From a virus, in IMG/VR virus record IMGVR_UViG_3300032284_001716, positions 35,512 through 99,511 of that record: a stretch of 64,000 nt of DNA. One strand, 5' to 3'. How positions within the stretch are numbered: the first letter of the stretch is position 1; each line of letters opens with the position of its first letter. A program made the position numbers and the translations under genes. This document shows, piece by piece, positions 28,676 through 39,070 of this stretch. The notes under the pieces were generated by a model. It searched no databases. It was not told where the DNA came from and saw only the letters and a program-made list of their open reading frames with translations.

Positions 28676-30898
28676 ATGGCTAATAACATATTTCAAGTAA
28701 AGAGGACGTCGACCACAGGTCGTACTCCTAACACTACTTCTTCTGGTAACTCTCAATATATTAATGCTGGTGAGCTAGCACTCAATATGACCGATCAGAT
28801 GTTATATACATCTGACGGCACGAACCTAATTGTCATTGGTTCCAACACATTAAATCAAAACATTACTGGCAACCTAACTGTTAAAGCGATCATTGCTAAC
28901 GGCTCATTGGGCACAGCCAACCAAGTTCTCACAACAAATGGTACTGGTGTTTACTGGTCTACAATTGTAGGTGTTAATACTGCAGCTCAGTATACATTTA
29001 CAAATACAATTACGCATGCTAGCAGTATTAATATCAACAACAACCTTAACTTAAATTTTCAAACAGTTAATGCTTCTACGTACGTAGGTATGCGTCAGCA
29101 AAATGATGATAATTTCGTATTTTATTCGACAAATACTTCTGGCGGTTCTAGAGCTGTTTGGTCTATTTACGCTAACAGTATTACCAGTTCTTTTTCTTTA
29201 TCTGTACCAGCATTATTTAATACTAATACAACATTTTCTGGACCGATTATTTTAGGTGGTAGTAATGGTACTGTTGGTCAAGTATTAACATCAAATGGAA
29301 CTTCTGCGCCATATTGGTCAACAGTTTCTGGAGGCAGCGGCGGTACAACATCGACAACAGCCCGTCAAACATACGTAGCTAATGGTTCAACAAATACATT
29401 TACAGTTACATCAGGATATACTGCTAATAATCTAGATGTTTATCTAAATGGTGTTAAACTTCAATCTAGTACTGGCGTAAATACGTCATCTGGTAGTACA
29501 TTTACTATTTTAGGTGGTACACCAGCAAATGGCACATTAATTGAAGTTGTTGGTGGTCTTCAGTATAGCAATGTTTTAATTCTTACTGCTAATAATTCGA
29601 CTTCTTTAGGTGGTTTAAGTGCTTTCACCGGCTCTGCTGGTCAAGTATTAACATCAAATGGAGCTTCAGCTCCATATTGGTCAACAGTTTCTGGTGTTGG
29701 TGGGTCTGTTAATACTGCTGCTCAGTATACTTGGACAAATACACAAACATTTTCTAACACTATTACATTTAGTACTACCATTAATGGTACAGCAAACAAT
29801 TCTCTTTATCTTGGTGGTACTGCAGCGGCGAATTACCAAACAACAGCTGGTTTGTCTGCTAACGTAGCAACATTAACAGCAAACGCTGCTACTTACCTTA
29901 ACGGTAAAACTGAAGGTAATCTTAACGTAAACAGTGCTACTACTGCAACAACAGCAAACAATTCTTCTTACCTTGGTGGTACTGCTGCTGCTTATCATGT
30001 TAAAACTGGTGCTGATATTACTGAATACCAGTATATCCGTTTTGCCTCTGCAAACCAAAGTGATACTAACGATGGTAAAATAGGTTCTGGTTTATTTTCC
30101 AATGGTTTGAATATTGTTGGAAATCAAACCCAAAATGGAAATGGGCGAGAAATATCCTATTATGGAAAACTTTGGGATAGAGCGGCCGCTGGTGCAAGTA
30201 TTCTCGGACCATTAACAACAGGTAACACGATTACCATCGGTACTGCAGCATATTTTGTTGCAAACGGCAACTTAGGTATCGGTACAGCTTCTCCAGGCGG
30301 AAAATTAGATGTTCTGGCAGGCAATGCATACTTTACAGTAGCTCCTTCAACATATACATCAGCGGTTGTTGGGCCAAGGCCTGCTGGTGATGGAATTTCA
30401 TCTTTTATATTGCAGGCAAATTCGACAGCTGGTAATAAATTTGATTCATCATCTTCTGGTTTAATAGTATATGTTAATAATAATTCTAATATTCATAGTA
30501 CATTTGCTACTAACGGAAACTTTGGAATCGGGACGACTTCTCCAGCAGCCACACTTGATGTTGTTGGTACAGTCAATACATCAAAAGCTAATACGCTCAA
30601 TCAGACACTAACTGATGGTGCAACAATCACTTGGGATACATCACTAGGTCAGATTGCAACAGTTACATTAGCTGGTAACAGAACTATGGCTGCTCCGACT
30701 AACTTAAAGGTTAGTACGTATATTCTACATGTTATTCAGGACGTAACAGGCAGCAGAACATTGACATGGAACTCAGTATTCAAATGGCCAGCGGGTGTTG
30801 CGCCGGTCCTATCTACTGGTGCTAACAAGCGTGACGTCTTCACATTTGTGTCTGACGGTACAAACCTTTATGGCTCATTCCTACCAGATGTTAGGTAA
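28676..30898 (+). CDS. Tail fibre protein with shared C-terminal tip domain
   Basis: FQVKRT...GELALN anchor; three QVLT.NG....YWST repeats; DVYLNGV domain; GN.GIGT.SP repeats. Confidence 0.85.
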   Translation: MANNIFQVKRTSTTGRTPNTTSSGNSQYINAGELALNMTDQMLYTSDGTNLIVIGSNTLNQNITGNLTVKAIIANGSLGTANQVLTTNGTGVYWSTIVGVNTAAQYTFTNTITHASSININNNLNLNFQTVNASTYVGMRQQNDDNFVFYSTNTSGGSRAVWSIYANSITSSFSLSVPALFNTNTTFSGPIILGGSNGTVGQVLTSNGTSAPYWSTVSGGSGGTTSTTARQTYVANGSTNTFTVTSGYTANNLDVYLNGVKLQSSTGVNTSSGSTFTILGGTPANGTLIEVVGGLQYSNVLILTANNSTSLGGLSAFTGSAGQVLTSNGASAPYWSTVSGVGGSVNTAAQYTWTNTQTFSNTITFSTTINGTANNSLYLGGTAAANYQTTAGLSANVATLTANAATYLNGKTEGNLNVNSATTATTANNSSYLGGTAAAYHVKTGADITEYQYIRFASANQSDTNDGKIGSGLFSNGLNIVGNQTQNGNGREISYYGKLWDRAAAGASILGPLTTGNTITIGTAAYFVANGNLGIGTASPGGKLDVLAGNAYFTVAPSTYTSAVVGPRPAGDGISSFILQANSTAGNKFDSSSSGLIVYVNNNSNIHSTFATNGNFGIGTTSPAATLDVVGTVNTSKANTLNQTLTDGATITWDTSLGQIATVTLAGNRTMAAPTNLKVSTYILHVIQDVTGSRTLTWNSVFKWPAGVAPVLSTGANKRDVFTFVSDGTNLYGSFLPDVR
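29275..29694 (+). repeat. 57 bp direct repeat (29275-29331 and 29638-29694, 3 mismatches) inside a fibre gene
   Basis: tggtcaagtattaacatcaaatgga...ccatattggtcaacagtttctgg present twice. Confidence 0.85.
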
Positions 30899-30922
30899 TA
30901 AATAAAAATAAAAGGCTGTTGA

Positions 30923-32815
30923 ATGGCACAGGAATTTAATCTAGGAACTCTTGGACAGTTTTTATCAATTGATTTAGTTGGTAATAACATTTCATTTGTC
31001 GCTAATAATTTAAGTGTTGGTAACTCAACTGTAAACTCAGTAGTTAACTCAACCTCCATTTCAATAAATGGAGTTCAGATTATTAATGCTACTAATAGTA
31101 CTTTAACATCCAACAATGCATCATATCTTGGTGGCACAGCCGCAGCGTCTTATGCATTACTTTCTGGTGCTTCATTCACTGGCACAGTAAATGCAACAGC
31201 TCACACCATTGGAACTACATGGATAGCTAACGCGTCTGGCGTGTACATGTCTATGCCGTTGTCTGCAAATGGTGGAACTGGTACAGCTGGTCAATTACTA
31301 TACTCGAATGGTGTAACCGGCTCACCTTATTGGGCAGCTGCACCTGCTAACTATACTATCAGCACAGGTCTTGTTAATACAACCGGTACAATCACAGTCA
31401 ATGCTTCTTACATTGCTACGATTGCTGCTAACAATGCTTCATATCTTGGTGGTGTTGCGGCATCTGGTTATCAGACAACTGCTGGTCTATCAGCTAACAT
31501 TGCTACCCTAACGAGCAATAACTCATCATATCTTGGTGGCACAGCCGCAGCATCATATGCATTACTTTCTGGTGCTACTTTTACCGGGACTGTCGCGACT
31601 GGTGATGGAACGACTCTTAATTTAGGAAGAGAAACTACTGGTGGTCTTGAAGGAGCACAAATAAATTGGGCTAGCGGAAACTCATCAAACGCTTCATATC
31701 CATCATGGTCGACTGATATTTATGCCGCTGTGTTCAGAATTCTTAATGCCGGTGCTTCTAACACAAACGTTCAGATTTCAGGCACATCAACAGGAACTGT
31801 TGGTTTATTTGTTCAGGGTAATACCGGCATTGGAACGACATCACCTGCAGTTAAACTGCATATATCTGGTGATGCACTAAGAATAGACGGTACATCAGGT
31901 GAAGCTGGTCCATATCTTTATAGGGCCGGCGGCAACGCCCCAGATATTAGATTTTTTACTTCTAATGGTACTATTGCATCACCGACAACCGTAGCAAATG
32001 GCTCTAATCTTGGCCAGATCCATTTCCAAGGTTATGATGGAACAGCTTATCGTGATCTTGCGGGCGTTTGGGCACAAGTTGATGGCGCAGTTAGTACTAA
32101 TAATGTGCCTAGTGCACTAAAATTTTTGACCGGCAGTACATCACAAACTGAAAATATGAGAATATCATCCAACGGTAACGTTGGTGTTGGTACTACAACT
32201 CCTAGTGTAAAGCTACATGTTACTGGTAATAGTTATATATCAGGTGGCCTTTCTGTTGGTACTACCTCATTTAATAGAAAAGTTAACTTTGCTAATGGTG
32301 AGATGACTTTTATACCGTATACGGCTGCAGAAGGCGCATCTACAAATACGTATTTTATTAACGTATCTGATGCCAGTGGTAACTACGGCAACTCAATGAC
32401 ATTAAATTTTAGAGCACTTTATAGTTCAGGCGCAGCTTCAGGAACACTAGCTGCAATTACAATGAATACAACTCTACTAGGTGTTACCGGTGACGTCTAT
32501 ACGGCATATTCCGACGAACGTCTAAAAGATATTATTGGACCTATCGATAATGCTCTATCAAAAGTTCAATCATTGACTGGTTTTTACTACCAGCCTAATA
32601 AGACCGCAATTAGTCTGGGGATTGAAAAGAATCAACTAAGTAGAGTTGGTGTATCTGCACAAAAAGTTAAAGAAGTACTTCCAGAAGCAGTTGGACCTGC
32701 ACCAATTAATGATATGTATCTAACAGTTCAGTATGAGAAGATTGTGCCTTTATTAATAGAAGCTATTAAAGAGCTAAGTATAAAGATAGAAAAGTTAGAG
32801 CAGAGGATTGGCTAA
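30923..32815 (+). CDS. Tail fibre with C-terminal Peptidase S74 intramolecular chaperone
   Basis: YSDERLKD..., GVSAQ.V..VLPEAV, V.YEKIVPLLIEAIKEL; ANNASYLGG..A..Y repeats. Confidence 0.9.
   Translation: MAQEFNLGTLGQFLSIDLVGNNISFVANNLSVGNSTVNSVVNSTSISINGVQIINATNSTLTSNNASYLGGTAAASYALLSGASFTGTVNATAHTIGTTWIANASGVYMSMPLSANGGTGTAGQLLYSNGVTGSPYWAAAPANYTISTGLVNTTGTITVNASYIATIAANNASYLGGVAASGYQTTAGLSANIATLTSNNSSYLGGTAAASYALLSGATFTGTVATGDGTTLNLGRETTGGLEGAQINWASGNSSNASYPSWSTDIYAAVFRILNAGASNTNVQISGTSTGTVGLFVQGNTGIGTTSPAVKLHISGDALRIDGTSGEAGPYLYRAGGNAPDIRFFTSNGTIASPTTVANGSNLGQIHFQGYDGTAYRDLAGVWAQVDGAVSTNNVPSALKFLTGSTSQTENMRISSNGNVGVGTTTPSVKLHVTGNSYISGGLSVGTTSFNRKVNFANGEMTFIPYTAAEGASTNTYFINVSDASGNYGNSMTLNFRALYSSGAASGTLAAITMNTTLLGVTGDVYTAYSDERLKDIIGPIDNALSKVQSLTGFYYQPNKTAISLGIEKNQLSRVGVSAQKVKEVLPEAVGPAPINDMYLTVQYEKIVPLLIEAIKELSIKIEKLEQRIG
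31119..31576 (+). repeat. 53 bp direct repeat (31119-31171 and 31524-31576, 2 mismatches) inside a fibre gene
   Basis: catcatatcttggtggcacagccgcagc...tatgcattactttctggtgct present twice. Confidence 0.85.
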
Positions 32816-34005
32816 TGGCATTTTATAATGGTAGTACTGCAATATTTCCTGGATTACTTCCTCTGCCAAATCAAATATCTGCTGGTTCACCACTCTATAA
32901 TGATGGGCTTAATGCTTATTGGGCATATCCGGGTGAATCTCACACTGTAGTAGGCGGAGGCTTAGGCGGTGATTGGAGATATAGGACGATTCTAACACAT
33001 GGATACCAGGCTGCTGGTTATAAAGGTTATAGCCCATGGAAAACTGTAAATAAGACTTGGCACTCGACTGATACGACTTATTGCTGTGGTGAACAGTTAG
33101 ATCGTGGTGGTGCTTATCTAGATGGTTGTTTCAGTGATCTTAATGCGTATGTTTATGGTACTTCACATACCTGGGCGGGTTCAGCCGCTCATACGAGCAG
33201 CTATAGTTTATCTAATGGTACGCGTAGAACACAGAACAATGATAATTTCACTGCATTTGGTTCGGGAACTGCTCCGTATGGATACGTTTCAAATAATCCA
33301 GCAGGTGAAGGACTCTCTTACGGTGATCAAGGTGGGTTATCCAATAATCCACCAACTAGTCCAGGTACTGGCGGTTGGGGAATGAGTGTTAATAGAGCAA
33401 ACCATGGATGTGCCAGTACTCAAATTAATAATGCTGGTTATACATATGGTGGTGGCTCTGCAGTAACGAGTAAGCATCATTTCCCATCCGAAGTAATGTA
33501 TACAACAACTAGTTCTCCTGTGACATGGGGAGCAACGTGTGCAACCGGTGGTCAATATCAAGCTTATATTGGCGGATCTAGCAGTTCAGCATATCTATAC
33601 TATATGACGTACACTAATGATTCATTTTCTGCTTGGGCTTGGCCATCGGGTGTAACAACAGATGGTGTTAATAAAGCATTAATGTCAAAATATGGTTGGT
33701 TCTACTTTGGTAGAGATACAAATACATCAACATCACAATATAAATTTAGTGAATCAACACGTTCAGTTTTATCCACACTTACAAAACTTGGTTCATTCGG
33801 CGAAGAAAACTATCAGATGGGACAGGACTGGGGATATATGGTAGGTAATTATAATGGTCAACAGAATAACTGGACAGTTAAATATACCTATAGTAATGAT
33901 ACCATGGCAACACTTGGTTTTGGTGCACAACCAAAAGGTCACTACGGAACTAGTTCTGGTGCATGCTCGAGCGCTGCGGCCAGCGTAACATCGATGGCGA
34001 GATAA
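32815..34005 (+). CDS. Kelch-like beta-propeller virion protein, paralog 1
   Basis: GY.A.G / GY..GG blade motifs; aligns by eye with the next two ORFs. Confidence 0.65.
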   Translation: MAFYNGSTAIFPGLLPLPNQISAGSPLYNDGLNAYWAYPGESHTVVGGGLGGDWRYRTILTHGYQAAGYKGYSPWKTVNKTWHSTDTTYCCGEQLDRGGAYLDGCFSDLNAYVYGTSHTWAGSAAHTSSYSLSNGTRRTQNNDNFTAFGSGTAPYGYVSNNPAGEGLSYGDQGGLSNNPPTSPGTGGWGMSVNRANHGCASTQINNAGYTYGGGSAVTSKHHFPSEVMYTTTSSPVTWGATCATGGQYQAYIGGSSSSAYLYYMTYTNDSFSAWAWPSGVTTDGVNKALMSKYGWFYFGRDTNTSTSQYKFSESTRSVLSTLTKLGSFGEENYQMGQDWGYMVGNYNGQQNNWTVKYTYSNDTMATLGFGAQPKGHYGTSSGACSSAAASVTSMAR

Positions 34006-34006
34006 T

Positions 34007-35188
34007 ATGGCATTCTATGTTGGTACAATAAATTATTTTCCTGGATTAGTGCCCCCAGTTAGTACAGCTACTGCAGGTTCTGCTCTTACTAATGATGGTA
34101 CAAATGCCTATTGGGCATATCCAGGAGCCTCTATTACTACATTAGGTGGAACTCTACAGTATCGCAGTATTCTTACACATGGCTATGTAGCGGGTGGATA
34201 TAAAGACGCTAATCCATGGCGCACAGTAAACAAGACATGGCACTCAACAGATATTACAATTTGTTGTGGTGACCAGATTGATCAAGCTGCAAATTATAAT
34301 GGTGGAACATTCAGCGACTACAATGGTTATGTACACGCATGTTCTGGTGCGCATGCGACAGCGTCCGCTCATACTAGTAGTTACAATTTACACACCGGTA
34401 ATGCTAGAACAGTTGGTACATCTAACTGGGGGACTCAACCATCTGTGGCATTTGGTTTTACAGGAAACGATCCAAACAGTACATCAGGTTTTCCATACGG
34501 CCAAGGTGGTTCAGTAGATACCGGTATAACTGATGGGACCGGTGCATCAGGTACCGGTACTTGGGAAATGAGCGTTGGTAGAACATACTTTGGAGGATTA
34601 ACTGACCAGTTAAATCAGATTGGATATATCGCCGGCGGTACAGAATCGCAAGTTACAGATCGATTCCATATGCCAACTGAAATCATGTATCAAACAACCA
34701 GCACTGGTGTCAGCGCCAATCACACGGCAGCAGGTGGCGGTGCCTCCATTGGATGGTGGAGTTTTGGTGGAACTGCCAAGCAGTTTAACTTTTCAACATT
34801 AGCTTATTCTGCATGGTCTGCAAGTCCTGCGCCTGCGCCTGATGGTGTTTGTAAGATTCTAACTACAAAACTTGGCTATCACTATGTCGGTACCGGTACA
34901 AATAATACGACCGGCTGGGGAAGATTCAGCGATTCTACTGGAGCAATGCAGAGCACTGCCGTTAGTAAACCTTCATCGTTTGGTGAAGAAAATTTTGAAA
35001 TGGGTCAAAACTGGGGTTATTGTCTTGGTGCTTATAATGGTCAGCAGAATAATTATAGCACGAAGCATAATTATCTGACTGATGCTATTACTGTAATGGG
35101 AAGTTCAACACAACCTAAAGGACACGCAGGATTAAGCTCTGCTGTCTGTAGTTCTGCCGCAGCATCAATCACATCGAGTTACATGTAA
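34007..35188 (+). CDS. Kelch-like beta-propeller virion protein, paralog 2
   Basis: Shared YR.ILTHGY.A.GYK...PW, CG.Q.D, GEEN..MGQ.WGY, QPKGH.G.SS..CSSAAAS. Confidence 0.65.
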   Translation: MAFYVGTINYFPGLVPPVSTATAGSALTNDGTNAYWAYPGASITTLGGTLQYRSILTHGYVAGGYKDANPWRTVNKTWHSTDITICCGDQIDQAANYNGGTFSDYNGYVHACSGAHATASAHTSSYNLHTGNARTVGTSNWGTQPSVAFGFTGNDPNSTSGFPYGQGGSVDTGITDGTGASGTGTWEMSVGRTYFGGLTDQLNQIGYIAGGTESQVTDRFHMPTEIMYQTTSTGVSANHTAAGGGASIGWWSFGGTAKQFNFSTLAYSAWSASPAPAPDGVCKILTTKLGYHYVGTGTNNTTGWGRFSDSTGAMQSTAVSKPSSFGEENFEMGQNWGYCLGAYNGQQNNYSTKHNYLTDAITVMGSSTQPKGHAGLSSAVCSSAAASITSSYM

Positions 35189-37047
35189 TGGCATTAATTC
35201 AAACTCTTAATTACGTCACAACTGGATTATCACTTTTTCTAGACGCTGGAAACTCTAGTAGTTATTCTGGTACTGGTACATCATGGGTAGATCTAAGCGG
35301 TAATTCCTATAACTTTACTATAAATGCATCCGCATTTACTAATGAAAGTACCGGTAATGGTAGCATAAAGTATATGAACTTTGGCGGTAGCTATGGCATA
35401 GCTAAGAGAATAGTCAGCAACGCATTTTCTCCTGTGCCTTTAACTGATAGCACGTCTGGCTCTGGCATGACTGCTCTCGTTTGGACTAGAATAAAAGATA
35501 GCTCTGCTGATTGGAGAACTCTTTTCAGAGGAAATTCTGACCATGAAGTTATTGTTAACAGTGGTGGTTATAATTTAGGAATGTATGATAACATTAATGC
35601 TAACGGTTTTTTTAGCAGTAATTTTGATGTTCGAAACACACCTGGTTATCCATATGAATGGCATCAGATGTGCTGGACTTTTCCTGGCACATCTCCATAT
35701 TATAACTTTCAGTTAGATGATAACCAAAATATTTTAGGTACAAATACAAATACAAATGCTAGATTCAAAGATGGCATATCATCAATAGGTGGATATGGCC
35801 AATCAAATACCGATCCTAGTGTTGGCAGTAGTCAATATTGGGGTGATGTAGCAGTAGTAATGTTCTATAATAGGGTTCTAACTGCATCTGAGATTTCTCA
35901 GAACTATTATTTCTTTAAAGATCGCTATAATAGAATGAACCCTAATAGTAGTGCTGGTTCAGCCGCTATAAATATTGACTTAACATCAAGCTTTCCAGCA
36001 CCCAACTCTAATACAATTGGCGCTACGCTTTACACTGATGGGGCTTCATATTTCTGGCAGTATCCAGGCGACACGCAGCAGAATTCTCTCGGTAATACTT
36101 TTAGGTATAGAACACTAATTACGCATGGATACCTTGCGGCTGGCTATAAGGGATCAAACCCCTGGAGATCTATTAATAGAACATGGCACGCAACCGATGT
36201 TACTATCTATTGTGGTGAACAGCTTGACAAAGCTGGAGCTTATATCGATGGAACATGGAGTGACTATAATGGTTATGTCCATTCTACTAACGATGCTTTT
36301 CAAGGTGCGTCTGCCCACACTAGTAGTTATAGTCTTCAAAATGGAACCATGAGGACACGTGGCACATCACTAAATAGTCCACCAGGATCAGGTTTTGGGT
36401 TTCCAACAGCCACAGGAACTAGCAGTGAAGGTGGTTGGGATATGTCAGTGGGTAGATCCGGCGGTATGGCCGGTTGTGTGAATCAAACTGGTCAATGGGG
36501 ATATTGTGGTGGTGGTGGAAGTGCTGTGACTGATAAGTTTCACTTTCCATCAGAAACAATGTTTGTTACAACATCAGCGCCAGTTTCAGTTGCTATGACT
36601 ACAGCAGCGCATGGTGAGACTAAAGGTTGGTTTAGCTTTGCGGGTACAAAATCTTATGTGACATATTCTAATGATTCTTGGACATCTTATAGTAACAGTA
36701 TTGCGCCTGATGCATGGTCACATATATTAAGCACAAAATGGGGTTTCCATTATGGTGGTACCGGCGGTAATGTAACATCTGGTTTTGGTAAGTTTAGTGA
36801 TTCTACCGGTAGCGATATAACAACTTCTTTAACAAAACCAAGAGCCGTCGGCGAAGAAAATATGCAAATGGGTCAAAACTGGGGTTATATGTTAGGTGAA
36901 TATGATGGTCAACAAACTAATATGACTGTAAAGCATATGCATGCTACGGACGTCATAACAACATTGGGGGCTGGCGCACAACCTAAAGGTCATTACGGTC
37001 AAAGCAGTGGTACGTGCTCGAGCGCTGCCGCTAGTATTATGAACTAA
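35188..37047 (+). CDS. LamG/concanavalin-like domain fused to beta-propeller, paralog 3
   Basis: GL.L.LDAGN..SYSG.GT.W.DLSGN...FYNRVLTASEISQNY (LamG-type), then the same propeller. Confidence 0.75.
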   Translation: MALIQTLNYVTTGLSLFLDAGNSSSYSGTGTSWVDLSGNSYNFTINASAFTNESTGNGSIKYMNFGGSYGIAKRIVSNAFSPVPLTDSTSGSGMTALVWTRIKDSSADWRTLFRGNSDHEVIVNSGGYNLGMYDNINANGFFSSNFDVRNTPGYPYEWHQMCWTFPGTSPYYNFQLDDNQNILGTNTNTNARFKDGISSIGGYGQSNTDPSVGSSQYWGDVAVVMFYNRVLTASEISQNYYFFKDRYNRMNPNSSAGSAAINIDLTSSFPAPNSNTIGATLYTDGASYFWQYPGDTQQNSLGNTFRYRTLITHGYLAAGYKGSNPWRSINRTWHATDVTIYCGEQLDKAGAYIDGTWSDYNGYVHSTNDAFQGASAHTSSYSLQNGTMRTRGTSLNSPPGSGFGFPTATGTSSEGGWDMSVGRSGGMAGCVNQTGQWGYCGGGGSAVTDKFHFPSETMFVTTSAPVSVAMTTAAHGETKGWFSFAGTKSYVTYSNDSWTSYSNSIAPDAWSHILSTKWGFHYGGTGGNVTSGFGKFSDSTGSDITTSLTKPRAVGEENMQMGQNWGYMLGEYDGQQTNMTVKHMHATDVITTLGAGAQPKGHYGQSSGTCSSAAASIMN

Positions 37048-37062
37048 CACGAGAGAGCAACT

Positions 37063-38259
37063 ATGACGTCATATGTTAATATTTTAACCGTTTCTGTTAT
37101 CTTTTCTGATGCTGATGAAAGCACTATCTTTAATGGTGGTGCTTCTCTTCTTAGAGCTCAGCTAGGAACTAACATCACATCTATTGATAATAATGTGAAG
37201 GTTGATGTTATAGAAACGCTTAAGCAGACTGATGAAAGTCCGGCTACAGTAACGGTTGTTGCTACAATTACAACTACTGATAAAGATGCAGTTATTAGTA
37301 CTATACCGGTTGTTAGCAATCAAAGTGTACAAATTACTTCATCGGCTACTGAATCACAGGATGGTGATAATTATATCACCATTGTTACTTCAGTCTTCAG
37401 TGTTTCTGACAGTACTCTACATGCTTATGTTGAGTCTGTATCAAAGGATAATAAAGAAGCTGCGCCTCCATCACAATATCGTTATATTGTGATGCCACAT
37501 AATGTTATTGAGCCATATCTACATGGAAGTGCAGGGCTTGATGATATGATGTATTGTGGCGATATGTATAGTATGATGAATGTAAGTTGCGTAAAGATAG
37601 CAGAAAAAATGTATCAGACATTAAAGCATCTATGGACTCGTGTTAAGTTATATGAAGTTGATGCTGATACAGCGTTTTATGGTACTACATTTTTCAGTGA
37701 GATTAGACCAATAGCTAAAGTTTGGGAAGCAAAGACACCATGGTATGGTGAGAAAACTCCAACAGAGATTACGCCTGAAATTCAAGCCATGATAGTTAGG
37801 ATGATGACGATCTTTGCAAAAGAGATTATTGGACAAGAGTTTGATAGCCGATTCTTAGCACTGAAAGATTCTACAGAGCTTGAGGCTGCTTCTTGGGATC
37901 TACAAAAACATGAGGCCAAAGAATGGTTAATCAATCAAGGTGCTAATGGTAGTAAAACACCATTCCTTGATTATCTAGCTGAAGAACATAACATCGATAA
38001 GACAACACTATCTAATAATATTTTAGCTAATGCTGAGGATTATGAGGATAGACTTAGTACATTGCTTGTTCAGCAGCAAAAAATCTTTAAACAGTTTGAT
38101 GCATGTACTACCGTATGGGATATAAATATCCTTTATGAGGACTACCTAGGAGTCCAAATGCCTATTAAGCAAGCTATTGCACTTGGTAGAGCAGTAAGTG
38201 AAAGTGACTGGGAACGTAAAGATGAATGGAGACTTAAGGGAAATGGATATTATTTCTAA
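37063..38259 (+). CDS. Protein with C-terminal tail-fibre-assembly-like domain
   Basis: E..SW..Q..EA..W.......TPFLD.LA.......L...IL..A..Y resembles fibre assembly proteins of myoviruses. Confidence 0.55.
   Translation: MTSYVNILTVSVIFSDADESTIFNGGASLLRAQLGTNITSIDNNVKVDVIETLKQTDESPATVTVVATITTTDKDAVISTIPVVSNQSVQITSSATESQDGDNYITIVTSVFSVSDSTLHAYVESVSKDNKEAAPPSQYRYIVMPHNVIEPYLHGSAGLDDMMYCGDMYSMMNVSCVKIAEKMYQTLKHLWTRVKLYEVDADTAFYGTTFFSEIRPIAKVWEAKTPWYGEKTPTEITPEIQAMIVRMMTIFAKEIIGQEFDSRFLALKDSTELEAASWDLQKHEAKEWLINQGANGSKTPFLDYLAEEHNIDKTTLSNNILANAEDYEDRLSTLLVQQQKIFKQFDACTTVWDINILYEDYLGVQMPIKQAIALGRAVSESDWERKDEWRLKGNGYYF
38121..38128 (+). promoter_or_regulatory. T4-type late promoter TATAAATA
   Basis: Exact consensus about 115 bp upstream of the likely ATG at 38243; lies inside the upstream CDS. 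Confidence 0.5.
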
Positions 38260-39070
38260 ACTGATTGATACAAATAAAATTGTATCTGCTAATGTGAATG
38301 ACATTAAGATTGATCCGGACTTTAGAGATCAACATAGTCTTTCTACTTTTGATATGAATTTAATTAAGTCGGCAGTCCATGTCAATATGGGTATGACTGA
38401 CTACCAGTGTAAACACTTTGTAGCAAAAAGCCAAATCACGCCATATAAGCAGGTCCGTCAATCTCTCATGGAGCTTGAGGTGCGTTATCACGCATATCAG
38501 GAGATTCGTAATAGTCTTCGTAAGGCCGAGATTAGTCGTAAGAAGATGCAGCGTCAGATGGATTCACTTGAAGATCCGCTTGATAAAGAGCTCGTACAAA
38601 TTGATTTAGAGAAAAATGACTATGATATTACTATCTGGCAGCGTAAGCTTAATCAGAGTCAGTATGAGATCAGGTCGTTTCTGAATGTTATAAATGAGTA
38701 TGTAAAAAATGAAGACGACCTGGACTTCTACCTTCAAGTTAACGAGGAAGAAGAACGTAAATACTGGGTAGCCCGTATGGGTAAACAGGCAGCAATGGAT
38801 GTTATTGCATTTGGTCGTATTGGTTCAGGCAATATGGATTCAATTGCGATGATGGACGAACGCGATCAACTTGAAACGTTGCAGGTCGCACTACAATATG
38901 CCGGTATGGTCAACGCTGGAATCTCTAAAATTGCTGAGCAAACACAATCACAGGTGAACACCTATTTGAATAGTAAAGAGCATCGTATCGCTCAAATTCT
39001 TGATGGTATTAATAATGACCCAGATCTTCAGCTTACCGATAAATCCAAAGTTAACCCAGAGTCAATTTGA
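38243..39070 (+). CDS. Conserved coiled-coil hypothetical protein
   Basis: MT.YQ...FV..SQITPYKQVRQ.LMEL, EEE..YW..RM.KQAA.D....GRIG.GN.DSI; likely ATG at 38243. Confidence 0.7.
   Translation: MDIISKLIDTNKIVSANVNDIKIDPDFRDQHSLSTFDMNLIKSAVHVNMGMTDYQCKHFVAKSQITPYKQVRQSLMELEVRYHAYQEIRNSLRKAEISRKKMQRQMDSLEDPLDKELVQIDLEKNDYDITIWQRKLNQSQYEIRSFLNVINEYVKNEDDLDFYLQVNEEEERKYWVARMGKQAAMDVIAFGRIGSGNMDSIAMMDERDQLETLQVALQYAGMVNAGISKIAEQTQSQVNTYLNSKEHRIAQILDGINNDPDLQLTDKSKVNPESI

Noticed and set aside
29275-31576. Repeat pairs as possible diversity-generating retroelement TR/VR
   Set aside because: No reverse transcriptase in the window; copies are short, intragenic and in frame, and the 57 bp pair's mismatches are not adenine-specific.
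13613-32815. Abundant N-x-S/T triplets in structural proteins, suggesting N-glycosylation
   Set aside because: A hand count in ORF 25234 gave about 8 sequons for about 26 Asn, near expectation from its Ser/Thr content; no glycosyltransferase in the window.
35967-35974. TATAAATA inside the third propeller gene
   Set aside because: No suitable start codon nearby (it encodes part of AINI); could be chance in AT-rich sequence.
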